From the NCBI GenBank assembly GCA_000004985.1, contig GG738914.1: a stretch of DNA of 64,000 bases; one strand, written 5' to 3'. Position numbers and translations under genes: made by a program. Under the pieces are notes generated by a model. That model made no database searches, was not told the DNA's origin, and saw only the letters and a list, made by a program, of their open reading frames with translations. How positions within the stretch are numbered: position 1 is the first letter of the stretch; each line of letters opens with the position of its first letter. This DNA comes from Naegleria gruberi (taxonomy: Eukaryota). Of this stretch, positions 1-9,745 are shown in pieces.

Positions 1-677
1 GGTTTTCAAATTATTTATTTACCCTATGCAGATGGTATTAGAAAATTACAAGAATTTACAAATGAACAAACACCAACTGATAAACATATTCAATTAGCTA
101 AAAAGATTACAAAGAAATTAACAATAGATTTTAATCCACATGAATTTACAAATCCATCACTTCAACAATTTTATCAATCATTACAAGCATTAGCTTTAGA
201 ACATTCAAATATTGAACAAATTGAAGATGTTTTAAAACCTGATAAGGAGGGTATGAAGAAGTATGAAAATTTAATGAATGAATTTAAAGATATGATATTC
301 CCTTCTGATTATGATCCTGATTCTAAAAAGTTGACAAAATCAACAACACGTACTTCTTCTTCAAAGGTTAAGAAGGAAGAAGAAGAAGAAGCAACAACAG
401 CAGCAGCAGACTCTCAAGATGTATCTGAATCAACATCTAAAAAGAAAACTGCAACACGTAAAAAGACTAATGATTCCAAGAAACGTAAAAAGGCAGAAGA
501 ATCTGAAGAGGAAGAAGAAAAAAAGCCAAAGAAAAAGAAGGCTGAATTATCTGAATCTGATGAAGAAGAAGAAGAAATTGATATGGTACAATTAATTAAA
601 GATGGTAAAGCAGATAAATTGAAAGTAGATATTTTGAAAGAATTTTGTAAACAATACAAATTGAAAGTGAGTGGAAG
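1..677 (+). CDS. Ku70 (XRCC6-like) C-terminal portion, partial CDS; it enters from upstream of the window and runs into the N-gap
   Basis: Frame-1 translation from nt 1 reads GFQIIYLPYADGIRKLQEF...NPSLQQFYQSLQALALEHSNIEQIEDVLKPDKEGMKKYENLMNEFKDMIFPSDYDPD. An acidic/basic linker (EEEE, KKRKK) follows, then VDILKEFCKQYKLKVSG, which resembles the Ku70 SAP motif (compare human LKEACRAYGLKSG). The ORF is open from position 1. Confidence 0.65.
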
Positions 678-727
678 NNNNNNNNNNNNNNNNNNNNNNN
701 NNNNNNNNNNNNNNNNNNNNNNNNNNN
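678..727. other. assembly gap (50 N)
   Basis: Run of exactly 50 n, a scaffold-gap convention of unknown true length. It interrupts the Ku70 SAP-domain coding region. Confidence 0.95.
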
Positions 728-768
728 ATTATTTAAATTATTATAATATAAATTAATTAAATTATTTT

Positions 769-1404
769 TCATTGAATATCAACTTGTTCTTGAGCTAGTT
801 CAATATTCCAAATTGACATGTGTGACATAAAGCCTTCATAAAATCCAAAATTTGGATTTCCTTTCATAGCATAACCAATACATAATTTATCCATAACAGG
901 TTTATATAATTTATCAATGGATGTATTAACATTTTTATCCAATTTTCCATTTAAGTAAAATTTTAAATTTCCATTTTTAAAAGTAAAACAACAATGATTC
1001 CATTCATTAATAATAACATTAGATGATGAAGATTGACCACATATTTGAATTGACACATTGTCATTTCTACTTCCTAAGAATCTAATCTTATTTTGGTAAA
1101 TGTCAAATCCAAATCCACCAAAGCCTTCACCTGCCACACATGAATCAAATATTCTGACATCTCCAGATTTAGTAGGTTTAATCCATGTCATCATTGTTAA
1201 TTGTGATACTTTTTCATCATTACTATTTATATCATATAATTGTTTTGGAATTGTCATTTGAAAATGAATACTATTTTTAAATGAAAATACTTGATTTAAT
1301 CCATCTTGATCGTTATTAGATAATGAAGAAGAATTATTAGTTGGAATTGTTTCTTCAAACAATGATGGTGACTGATGGGTTGTTGAGGTTTGTTGTTGTC
1401 CCAT
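769..1404 (-). CDS. pentraxin/LamG-like (concanavalin A-like lectin fold) protein, copy A of a tandem duplicate
   Basis: 211-aa ORF. It contains NEWNHCCFTFKNGNLKFYLNGKL and a C-terminal GFYEGFMSHMSIWNIE, resembling the pentraxin HxCxS/TW...FWVDGK core and the terminal beta strands. Upstream on the same strand, MSDVMLQQRLQLSYDDEFYKFIFQTYKKK (1296-1493) is out of frame because of an A9 homopolymer, whereas copy B has A10. Confidence 0.45.
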   Translation of the reverse strand: MGQQQTSTTHQSPSLFEETIPTNNSSSLSNNDQDGLNQVFSFKNSIHFQMTIPKQLYDINSNDEKVSQLTMMTWIKPTKSGDVRIFDSCVAGEGFGGFGFDIYQNKIRFLGSRNDNVSIQICGQSSSSNVIINEWNHCCFTFKNGNLKFYLNGKLDKNVNTSIDKLYKPVMDKLCIGYAMKGNPNFGFYEGFMSHMSIWNIELAQEQVDIQ

Positions 1405-1652
1405 TTTTTTTTGTATGTTTGAAATATGAACTTGTAAAACTCATCATCATATGATAATTGTAGTCTCTGTTGTAACATAACATCACTCATCAATTAAATA
1501 ATTTTCATGATTATTTATTAGTATTATTATATTCACTGAAAATAACCATTTTCAAAATTTACAAATATCCACACAAATACTAATTTAAATTAGAAAATAT
1601 TGTAAATTCCTAATTAATAATGTTTTTCATTATTCAGAGAGAATTTCCAATA

Positions 1653-2390
1653 TTAAGAACTATCATAATTCAATGCAGAGGCAGTTAGTAAATTTGATGA
1701 TGATGTGTTATTTTTCTTCTTTTTCTTCTTTTCATTTTCATCTTTTCGTTTTCTCTTTTTTACTTCCACAATTTCTAATTGAGAAATTAAATCTTCTTTT
1801 TCCAAAGTTTGTTCCACTAATTCATCTGCTGATACTACTCCAATATTATCAATACTATCAATACCACTATTAATACTTGTATCTTTAATTACAATATGAG
1901 ATTCTTGTAAATATTTCTGAATTTCTTCCTTTTCCTTATTAATAATTTCCAATCTTTCATTCTTTAATTTTTCTTCCTGTTCCTTTAAATAGAGAATATC
2001 ATCTTCATCAAGTGATCTTGGTGCTTGATTTCCAATAACTTGTTCTAATTCTTGTTGTTTTTTCAATTTATTTTCCATTAATCTTTCATAGAGTGGTCTT
2101 GTATCGGCTTCTTCTTCTTCATCTGCTAGTGATGATTCTCTAGATTCTAATAGAGAGGTCCATTTAGGATTTGAATGTTGTTGATTAGATGTGGATGATG
2201 ATGATTCATTATTTAGGCTTGTTTCTTCTTGTTGATCAACATCATTGTATTCCGAAGATGATGATTTAAATTCTAATTTTGTTCTCGATGAAAAAGTATC
2301 TGCTAGTTTTTTCTTTGCATTAGTAGTGGTAGTAGTAGTAGTATTGCTATTAGTGGTGGTATTGAATGGAAGATTAGAGTGATCCATCAT
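1653..2390 (-). CDS. NIP30/FAM192A-like protein (PA28gamma-interacting family), copy A
   Basis: 245-aa acidic protein. TRPLYERLMENKLKKQQELEQVIGNQAPRSLDEDDILYLKEQEEKL matches the conserved NIP30 N-terminal domain pattern (SLYERLQEQK...LDEDE..FL). A charged coiled-coil tail follows. Confidence 0.5.
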   Translation of the reverse strand: MMDHSNLPFNTTTNSNTTTTTTTNAKKKLADTFSSRTKLEFKSSSSEYNDVDQQEETSLNNESSSSTSNQQHSNPKWTSLLESRESSLADEEEEADTRPLYERLMENKLKKQQELEQVIGNQAPRSLDEDDILYLKEQEEKLKNERLEIINKEKEEIQKYLQESHIVIKDTSINSGIDSIDNIGVVSADELVEQTLEKEDLISQLEIVEVKKRKRKDENEKKKKKKNNTSSSNLLTASALNYDSS

Positions 2391-2447
2391 AATTTTTATT
2401 TTTTTAAATTTAAAATTTATTATTTATTTTGAAGATGTAGCCTAGTA

Positions 2448-2497
2448 NNNNNNNNNNNNNNNNNNNNNNNNNNNNNNNNNNNNNNNNNNNNNNNNNN
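2448..2497. other. assembly gap (50 N)
   Basis: Run of exactly 50 n between the two copies of the ~1.6 kb tandem repeat. Confidence 0.95.
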
Positions 2498-2499
2498 GA

Positions 2500-3040
2500 C
2501 ATGTGTGACATAAAGCCTTCATAAAATCCAGAATTTGGATTTCCTTTCATAGCATAACCAATACATAATTTATCCATAACAGGTTTATATAATTTATCAA
2601 TGGACGTATTTACATTTTTATCCAATTTTCCACCAAACCTGTTATGGATAAATTACATGTATGTGGATACATGTAAATGTGGTTACATATGAATCAAATA
2701 TTCTGACATCTCCAGATTTAGTAGGTTTAATCCATGCCATCATTGTTAATTGTGATACTTTTTCATCATTACTATTTATATCATATAATTGTTTTGGAAT
2801 TGTCATTTGAAAATGAATACTATTTTTAAATGAAAATACTTGATTTAATCCATCTTGATCGTTATTAGATAATGAAGAAGAATTATTAGTTGGAATTGTT
2901 TCTTTAAACAATGATGGTGACTGCTGGGTTGTTGAGGTTTGTTGTTGTCCCATTTTTTTTTTGTATGTTTGAAATATGAACTTGTAAAACTCATCAATAT
3001 ATGATATTTGTAGTCTCTGTTGTAACATAACATCACTCAT
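2500..3040 (-). pseudogene. pentraxin/LamG-like gene, copy B, disrupted by an internal deletion
   Basis: About 97-99% identical to copy A at both ends. Roughly 450 bp of coding sequence (copy A ~961-1160 onward) is replaced at 2633-2700 by ~60 bp that includes an inverted copy of the adjacent sequence. The resulting ORF ends DSYVTTFTCIHIHVIYP*. The N-terminal extension is in frame here (A10). Confidence 0.55.
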
Positions 3041-3214
3041 CTATATTAAATAATTTTCATGATTATTTATTAGTATTATTATATTCACTGAAAATAACCA
3101 TTTTCAAAATTTACAAATATCCACACAAATACTAATTTAAATTAGAAAATATTGTAAATTCCTAATCAATAATGTTTTTCATTATTCAGAGAGAATTTTC
3201 AATATTAAGAACTA

Positions 3215-3940
3215 TCATAATTCAATGCAGAGGCAGTTAGTAAATTTTGATGATGTGTTATTTTTCTTCTTTTTCTTCTTTTCATTTTCATCTTTTCGTT
3301 TTCTCTTTTTTACTTCCACAATTTCTAATTGAGAAATTAAATCTTCTTTTTCCAAAGTTTGTTCCACTAATTCATCTGCTGATACTACTCCAATATTATC
3401 AATACTATCAATACCACTATTAATACTTGTATCTTTAATTACAATATGAGATTCTTGTAAATATTTCTGAATTTCTTCCTTTTCCTTATTAATAATTTCC
3501 AATCTTTCATTCTTTAATTTTTCTTCCTGTTCCTTTAAATAGAGAATATCATCTTCATCAAGTGATCTTGGTGCTTGATTTCCAATAACTTGTTCTAATT
3601 CTTGTTGTTTTTTCAATTTATTTTCCATTAATCTTTCATAGAGTGGTCTTGTATCGGCTTCTTCTTCTTCATCTGCTAATGATGATTCTCTAGATTCTAA
3701 TAGAGAGGTCCATTTAGGATTTGAATGTTGTTGATTAGAAGTGGATGATGATGATTCATTATTTAGGCTTGTTTCTTCTTGTTGATCAACATCATTGTAT
3801 TCCGAAGATGATGATTTAAATTCTAATTTTGTTCTTGATGAAAAAGTATCTGCTAGTTTTTTCTTTGCATTAGTAGTGGTAGTAGTAGTATTATTGCTAT
3901 TAGTGGTGGTATTAAATGGAAGATTAGAGTGATCCATCAT
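3215..3940 (-). CDS. NIP30/FAM192A-like protein, copy B
   Basis: 241 aa, near-identical to 1653-2390. A 3-nt and a 1-nt indel near the stop change the last ~15 residues (…NNTSSKFTNCLCIEL* versus …NNTSSSNLLTASALNYDSS*). Confidence 0.5.
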   Translation of the reverse strand: MMDHSNLPFNTTTNSNNTTTTTTNAKKKLADTFSSRTKLEFKSSSSEYNDVDQQEETSLNNESSSSTSNQQHSNPKWTSLLESRESSLADEEEEADTRPLYERLMENKLKKQQELEQVIGNQAPRSLDEDDILYLKEQEEKLKNERLEIINKEKEEIQKYLQESHIVIKDTSINSGIDSIDNIGVVSADELVEQTLEKEDLISQLEIVEVKKRKRKDENEKKKKKKNNTSSKFTNCLCIEL

Positions 3941-4365
3941 AATTGATGAAGATAAATATCTTTTATTTTTTTAAATTTAAAATTTATTAAAATATTAATT
4001 TTGAAGATGTAGCCTATTGGACAAGCAATCACTCAATATGACAAAGTAATAATTCTGCTATTTTGTGTATTGCTAATGGTTGAACCATTTTAATCCAAGA
4101 ACTTGTTCCAAATAACCACTTGAAAACCTGTGGGTTAAATATTGAATGCGAAACTTTCCACAGTTAATAATTTTTACTCAGATGAACCTTTGACACACAA
4201 AGTAAGACAGATAACAATTTATAACTCAATATTTATATCACATGTCGATTCGCATAATAGAGGTTGCTTATCAATACATTGAATTATAAATAAATATTCA
4301 AAAATCAAAAATCAAAAAAACTCATACACGTTAATTCATCATCCACACACCTGCTGAGAGCGAGA

Positions 4366-6729
4366 TTGAAAATGTTACTTCAAACATCATCAGAATTCAT
4401 TAATGATAATACAACAACAAGTGGTACCAACTCTACACAATTAGCCTTGTTGAAATGTAAATTATCATCCGAGAGAACATTACATGGATTAGGCTTTGAT
4501 GGTTCTAATTTACAAACCTACTTGGATGCACATATCAATGTTGATCAATTCCTCCTACAAATATTCTCTCATCAACAATTAGATACTCTGAAGGGTGCTG
4601 CTATTGCTGGTTTTACAAAATTATTAAATACATGGAATCCTAGTAATAGTAATAATAATAGCAATAATACATCATCAACAACAACAACAACAGATAAAGT
4701 CTATACTCCACAACAAGATACAATGAGTGTTGTTATTATTGATGTTGATTATTGGAATGAATTTCCATCATTAATTAATAATACTAATATTAATAATAAT
4801 GCTAAATATGGTATTCATATTCCATATCATGGAATGTTAGCAATTGGAGTTAAATTTGGTAATTTTCTAATGAGATGGACAGAATATGGTATTGTTGATA
4901 TTATTAATTTACAACAATTCTCTCCAAGTACTTTACAAAAATCTTTAATTATTAAAACAGTATCAACACCTATTAAATATAATACAAGTAATTTGAAAAA
5001 GATTGCAAATTTAATAATTCAATATAATACTCAATATCAATATGATTTATATGATAAAAGTCCAATTCAATTTATTAGAGATTTAATGGAATGTGTTGGA
5101 ATTAATTTCAAATTAGGAAAATGTAGTTTATTATTAAAAATTATTGAAACTCATTGGAAAAAGTTTTTTGGTAATGAAAAATGTGGAATTATTATAAATC
5201 CATATATTGAATCTGATAATTTATATAATTGTACAGATTATTCACATTTTATTGAAATTTCAAAGAATTTATTACAATATAATATTACCTATTCAAGTGA
5301 ATATTCATTTGAATGGTCAATTTTAAAATCATTTGAAAGAACTTTAAGATTATTATCAATGTCATGTACATTTGAACCTTCACTAAGACATGATTATATT
5401 GTAAATTCAAATACTGAACAATTATTTGGAAATGTTTCAATTAATACTAATACATTGAAATATATTTCATCTTCATTTAATATTGAAGAAGAAAATTCAA
5501 ATACAGATAAAAAGAATTCTGATACCATATTTGTATTATGTATGGATGGTGGTGGTACAAGAGGTCTCATTCTCTCAATTATTTTACGTGAAATTGAAAA
5601 GAGAACTAATCGTAAATTGAATGATATTTTTGATTTAGTTTGTGGAACATCAACTGGTGCTCTAACTTCAAGATGTGTTCAATCTGGTTTATCTGGTGAA
5701 GAAATTCAAACTCTTTATACTCAATTAGCAACTGATATTTTCAGTTCTAAATTAATTTTAAATGAAAAAATTACAAAATTTTACAAGACAGTTTCCTCTG
5801 GTAATTGGTATGAAGGAAGTAAATTAGAAGCACTTACATTGAGTAAAATTTCAAGATCCAAAGAGAATGATATCCTCTATTTACAAGATTTATATCAAAT
5901 TAAACCAAAGGCATTCTTTGTGAGTACTTTGGTCCCATCCACATTATCATTACAATCAATGAGTGATAATAATTCTATCAACAACAACACTAACAACACC
6001 TCCACCTCCTCCAATCAATCAAATAATAATACTACATCTGGTCAGTTGGAATATGAACGTGCTAGGTCAGATGAACCAATTTCATACATTTTTAGAACTT
6101 ATCCATGTCCATTCAATAAGGAAAATCAACCTACAAGATATAAGGGAACATGGAATGGACAAAATATTCCACTTTCAAGTTGTTTAAGAGCATCAACTGC
6201 TGCACCTGTATATTTTGATAAGAAGAGAATTGGTAATTCTCATTTCATTGATGGTGGTATTTGTAACAATAATCCAACTGAAATTGCCATTACTGAAATG
6301 AAGAAAATCTTTCCAAATCACACAAACTTTTGTGTTATTAGTTTAGGTACTGGTAAATATGTTAAACCAGCTCAACAACAACCAGAAAAAAAGTCATGGT
6401 TTTCATTTGGTCAATCCAATCCTCCTACTCCATCTTCAAATAAGGGATCTGATAAGATTACAGCTAATTTGACAACATTATTAGATATCTTTGAATTGAG
6501 TATGTCAAGTGAAGCAATTTCAAGAAGAGTTCAAGATATTGTGAATGAACAAACAGATAAGAATATTACCTATTTTAGACTTAATCCATCTTTACCAACT
6601 GATATTCCATTAGATTCTACTTTACCAGAAGTTTTTGAATTAATGGCTCAACAAACAAGAGAATATCTCAGAAATGAATCTGAATCTTTTGAAAAGATTA
6701 TCAAATTACTTTCAAATACTTGTAAATAA
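4366..6729 (+). CDS. patatin-like phospholipase (PNPLA/iPLA2 family)
   Basis: 787-aa ORF with CMDGGGTRGLILS (GGGxRG oxyanion motif), CGTSTGA (GxSxG nucleophile) and FIDGGICNNNP (catalytic DGG). Confidence 0.85.
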   Translation: MKMLLQTSSEFINDNTTTSGTNSTQLALLKCKLSSERTLHGLGFDGSNLQTYLDAHINVDQFLLQIFSHQQLDTLKGAAIAGFTKLLNTWNPSNSNNNSNNTSSTTTTTDKVYTPQQDTMSVVIIDVDYWNEFPSLINNTNINNNAKYGIHIPYHGMLAIGVKFGNFLMRWTEYGIVDIINLQQFSPSTLQKSLIIKTVSTPIKYNTSNLKKIANLIIQYNTQYQYDLYDKSPIQFIRDLMECVGINFKLGKCSLLLKIIETHWKKFFGNEKCGIIINPYIESDNLYNCTDYSHFIEISKNLLQYNITYSSEYSFEWSILKSFERTLRLLSMSCTFEPSLRHDYIVNSNTEQLFGNVSINTNTLKYISSSFNIEEENSNTDKKNSDTIFVLCMDGGGTRGLILSIILREIEKRTNRKLNDIFDLVCGTSTGALTSRCVQSGLSGEEIQTLYTQLATDIFSSKLILNEKITKFYKTVSSGNWYEGSKLEALTLSKISRSKENDILYLQDLYQIKPKAFFVSTLVPSTLSLQSMSDNNSINNNTNNTSTSSNQSNNNTTSGQLEYERARSDEPISYIFRTYPCPFNKENQPTRYKGTWNGQNIPLSSCLRASTAAPVYFDKKRIGNSHFIDGGICNNNPTEIAITEMKKIFPNHTNFCVISLGTGKYVKPAQQQPEKKSWFSFGQSNPPTPSSNKGSDKITANLTTLLDIFELSMSSEAISRRVQDIVNEQTDKNITYFRLNPSLPTDIPLDSTLPEVFELMAQQTREYLRNESESFEKIIKLLSNTCK

Positions 6730-6734
6730 AAATT

Positions 6735-7487
6735 TTATAAAATCCAATCTTCTCTCATTGTCTTTTCACCTTTAACATATGGAGTATATCCCTTAATAAT
6801 TTCATCCATTGAAGGAAGTTCCTTATTATTCTTGAAATAATCTTGTTGAGTATTAACTTTGTAAAATTCCTTAATACGTTTCAAATCACTTCCCATTTCA
6901 AATCCCTTAAATTGTTTCAAAACATCAAGTCTGACAAGGAATGGTAAATACATCATATCAACCATTGAAGGTTCAGAAATATCACCTAAAAAGAATGGAG
7001 ATTTTTCACCATTTGATTCTTGCATTGCTTTCAATCCTTCATTTTCAAGGAATTGTAAACATTCTTCCAATTTTTGTTTTAAAACTTGTTCCTTAGATGG
7101 ATCTTGATTAAACATGTAAGCATAAATAGATTTAGCCAATCTTGTATTACAATAATAAGTCCAACTACGTTGCATAGCTCTCATATATGGATCTTTGTGC
7201 ATCAAATCATGTTGAGTATAAACATCATTGACATATTGATAAATTGCTGCAGATTCATAAATAGGCTTGTTATTATGAACAAGAACTGGAACCTTTTCAT
7301 AGCCCCGATCAATATATCACTGATCATCATTACTTACCTTTCCATATGGAGTCAAGGAGAGAAATTCCTTACTCTTCAAACTTAAATTAACATTAATATT
7401 TTCATAGGCTACTTCCTTGAAGGCAAGAATCAATTTAATTCTATCAACGAATGGACACAAACGAGAACCGTAGAGTTTTAAAGACAT
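6735..7487 (-). CDS. glutathione S-transferase, omega/Cys-type, 2 exons (7338-7487; 6735-7292) with a 45-nt GTAAGT..AAAAG intron
   Basis: Exon 1 encodes MSLKLYGSRLCPFVDRIKLILAFKEVAYENINVNLSLKSKEFLSLTPYGK, a thioredoxin-fold N-domain with a CPF active-site cysteine. Exon 2 encodes VPVLVHNNKPIYESAAIYQYVNDVY...MMHKDPY..., an alpha-helical GST C-domain. The reading frame is consistent across the splice. Confidence 0.75.
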
Positions 7488-7939
7488 TTTTTTTAGTGTA
7501 TTTTTCTCTCAGAGAATCTTGTATGTGGTTTTTTCGCGTGTTTTGCCTAATAATTTCCAATTCAAAATGTTGGGACCTTTTTTAGTCATTAGTTTGGTAA
7601 CTTGTTGACAGTGCTGTGGCAGTTAATTGTTATTCTGAAATGTTATCTGGAATCAGGATGTTTGTTGGAATTTTTACAAGATTTTCATTCTTTTCAACTC
7701 CCTTACAATGTAATTCACAACCATTGCCCAACCTCAAACCAAATCCAAATATCTTCTATATTGCTCCATGAAGAGAATTTAGATGAACAACTGAAGATCA
7801 GATATGGCATTGAATGATAGTATGTAATTGAATCTTGGGCACTCACTTATACATCTGAGTTAGTTTCAAAATAAAGACCATTGAAGTCACTATCCTTGAA
7901 GAGACACACCTCCTAATTGCTGTTTTCATTCACACCAAA

Positions 7940-9469
7940 TTAAAACCTTTTATTCTTTCTATTTGATTTTGAAGGTGATTTTGGTGAATTGGAAGGTAAA
8001 CTATAAGATCTATTTCTTTTTGTTTTTAGTTTTTTTGGAAGACTTTCTTGAGGAGGATTAAGCAAATGATCGAAACATGGTGGTTCATCAGGTGTAGTCA
8101 GAGCAACTGTTGGAGGTTGCTTTCTCTTATGGCTATCTGAAAATAAGGCCATTGGATTTAATCTTGAAGGTGATTGAATAAGAATTTTAGTCACTGAACC
8201 TGATCTTTCCCTTGATTTCAATGATTTTGGAGTGAGGGGTGGTGTTGGAGTATCCAAAGGATATGTTTGATTATTAACATTTTCATTATTTCTGTTGGAT
8301 GTTATTGATGATGGATTTGTTGGCTGCACTGTTATTGCACTGGCAATCATGTTATTACTTGTAGGTGATGATGAAGAATTCACTGATGGATCTATTGAAG
8401 ATGTGGTGGTGGATGCATATTCTTCAAGTTTAGAATTTGGAACTGTTGTTGGTGATGAAATACTTGATTTACGTTTCATTGTATATCCACTAAGGCTGTA
8501 TCTTCTGATTTGTGGTTGAGCATTCGAATTTGAAGTACTCACTGGTGGTACAGGTGATGGACTTGATAATTTAAATGGACTTGTTAAACCAATTACTCCA
8601 TTCAAATTTGATGAAGATCCAGTAGTTCCCAATATGGATGTTGAAGAGTTACTGAGTGAAGTTCCAGAGTTTGTTGTTGTACCACTACTAGTTCGTGTGT
8701 AGAGCTGAGTTAGTGGTGTGACTATAATTCGCTTGGGATGTGCCCTTAGATTTGGTTTTTCTAAGGGTGGAAGTGTTATATTTGATAATGTCGACGTGGT
8801 ATTATTATTAAGTGTTGATGAAGGTTGAGTATTTACATGAGTATGAAATTGATGATGATTAAGAGGATTAATAAATGATTGAGTATTAATTATATTACAA
8901 TCATCTTCATCATTGTATTTAGAAGAGGTAAGACGAAAGGCTGTTAAATTGACAGCTTCCTCCTCAGCTTCTTCTATTGAATTGTAGTAAGGTCGGGGAG
9001 ATGATGAATCAGAGTTTGTTTGTTGTGATTGTTTTGGTGTTGAATAACTGTTACTTCTTTGAGACTTTCTTGGTGAATATCGAGGTGAAATGTTTGAATA
9101 GCTGGCACTTTTGGCAGAGGATGCTCCACTTCTTGGCGAATTTGGTGATGACGATGAAGATGATTGAGAAAGAGCATTAGGTCTCAAATCTATTGGTATT
9201 ACTCTATTTCTATGAGGAATGTAGGAAACTGCAGAGTGTCTTCTATTTTGAAATTCTTCAGGATGAATTGGTATTCCCTCATCTGTCCATGTATTATATT
9301 GATAGGAGAGAACCCTTAATGAATTCGTTGGTAGTGATTGACTTCTAGAGTAGAGTCTCTGTTTGGCATTATAGTGATTCGAGTGGAGTAGGAAAACATT
9401 ATCTGTTGTTGGTTTCTGTTGTTGTTCAGTTTGTGCTAATTGAAGAGAAGATGATTTGTTTCCCATCAA
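7940..9469 (-). CDS. Ser/Thr/Asn/Pro-rich low-complexity protein of unknown function
   Basis: 509-aa uninterrupted ORF that is mostly low complexity. A start Met and stop are present. No recognisable domain by eye. Confidence 0.4.
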   Translation of the reverse strand: MMGNKSSSLQLAQTEQQQKPTTDNVFLLHSNHYNAKQRLYSRSQSLPTNSLRVLSYQYNTWTDEGIPIHPEEFQNRRHSAVSYIPHRNRVIPIDLRPNALSQSSSSSSPNSPRSGASSAKSASYSNISPRYSPRKSQRSNSYSTPKQSQQTNSDSSSPRPYYNSIEEAEEEAVNLTAFRLTSSKYNDEDDCNIINTQSFINPLNHHQFHTHVNTQPSSTLNNNTTSTLSNITLPPLEKPNLRAHPKRIIVTPLTQLYTRTSSGTTTNSGTSLSNSSTSILGTTGSSSNLNGVIGLTSPFKLSSPSPVPPVSTSNSNAQPQIRRYSLSGYTMKRKSSISSPTTVPNSKLEEYASTTTSSIDPSVNSSSSPTSNNMIASAITVQPTNPSSITSNRNNENVNNQTYPLDTPTPPLTPKSLKSRERSGSVTKILIQSPSRLNPMALFSDSHKRKQPPTVALTTPDEPPCFDHLLNPPQESLPKKLKTKRNRSYSLPSNSPKSPSKSNRKNKRF

Positions 9470-9745
9470 GTCAATTTTTTCTTGTTTGTTTTAATAAACA
9501 ATGTATGATGTGGAACGATTCAGTACGCCGCATCTTATTTGATCAAACAGAGGCTCAATGATCGGTGGACTTTATTCTCTTTTCTCGCTAATGTGCTGAT
9601 TGAGCCCTGGATCCAATAACGAGATTTGCCAGCTTAACGAATCCAGTTATCCTTATTTATAATTGCAGTAATATTTTGCCTTTATCCGAAATGTTGATGA
9701 CCAAATATAAGCACTCATGGTTAAAACAAGTATTTGATAAATTTA

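Larger units (their letters stand above)
769..4015. repeat. direct tandem duplication, 2 copies of a ~1.6 kb unit carrying a LamG-like gene plus a NIP30-like gene
   Basis: 769-2447 and 2498-4015 align colinearly with only sparse SNPs and small indels. Unit ends are marked by the shared ...ttgaagatgtagccta motif, and both copies abut N-gaps. Confidence 0.8.

Noticed and set aside
414-659. 81-aa minus-strand ORF inside the Ku70 region
   Set aside because: It is an antisense alternate-frame read of the GAA/AAG-rich acidic linker. The low-complexity translation (SSSSSSDSD, FFFFGFF) has no support.
678-727. N-runs as biological features
   Set aside because: Both runs (678-727 and 2448-2497) are exactly 50 n, an assembler gap convention and not sequence.
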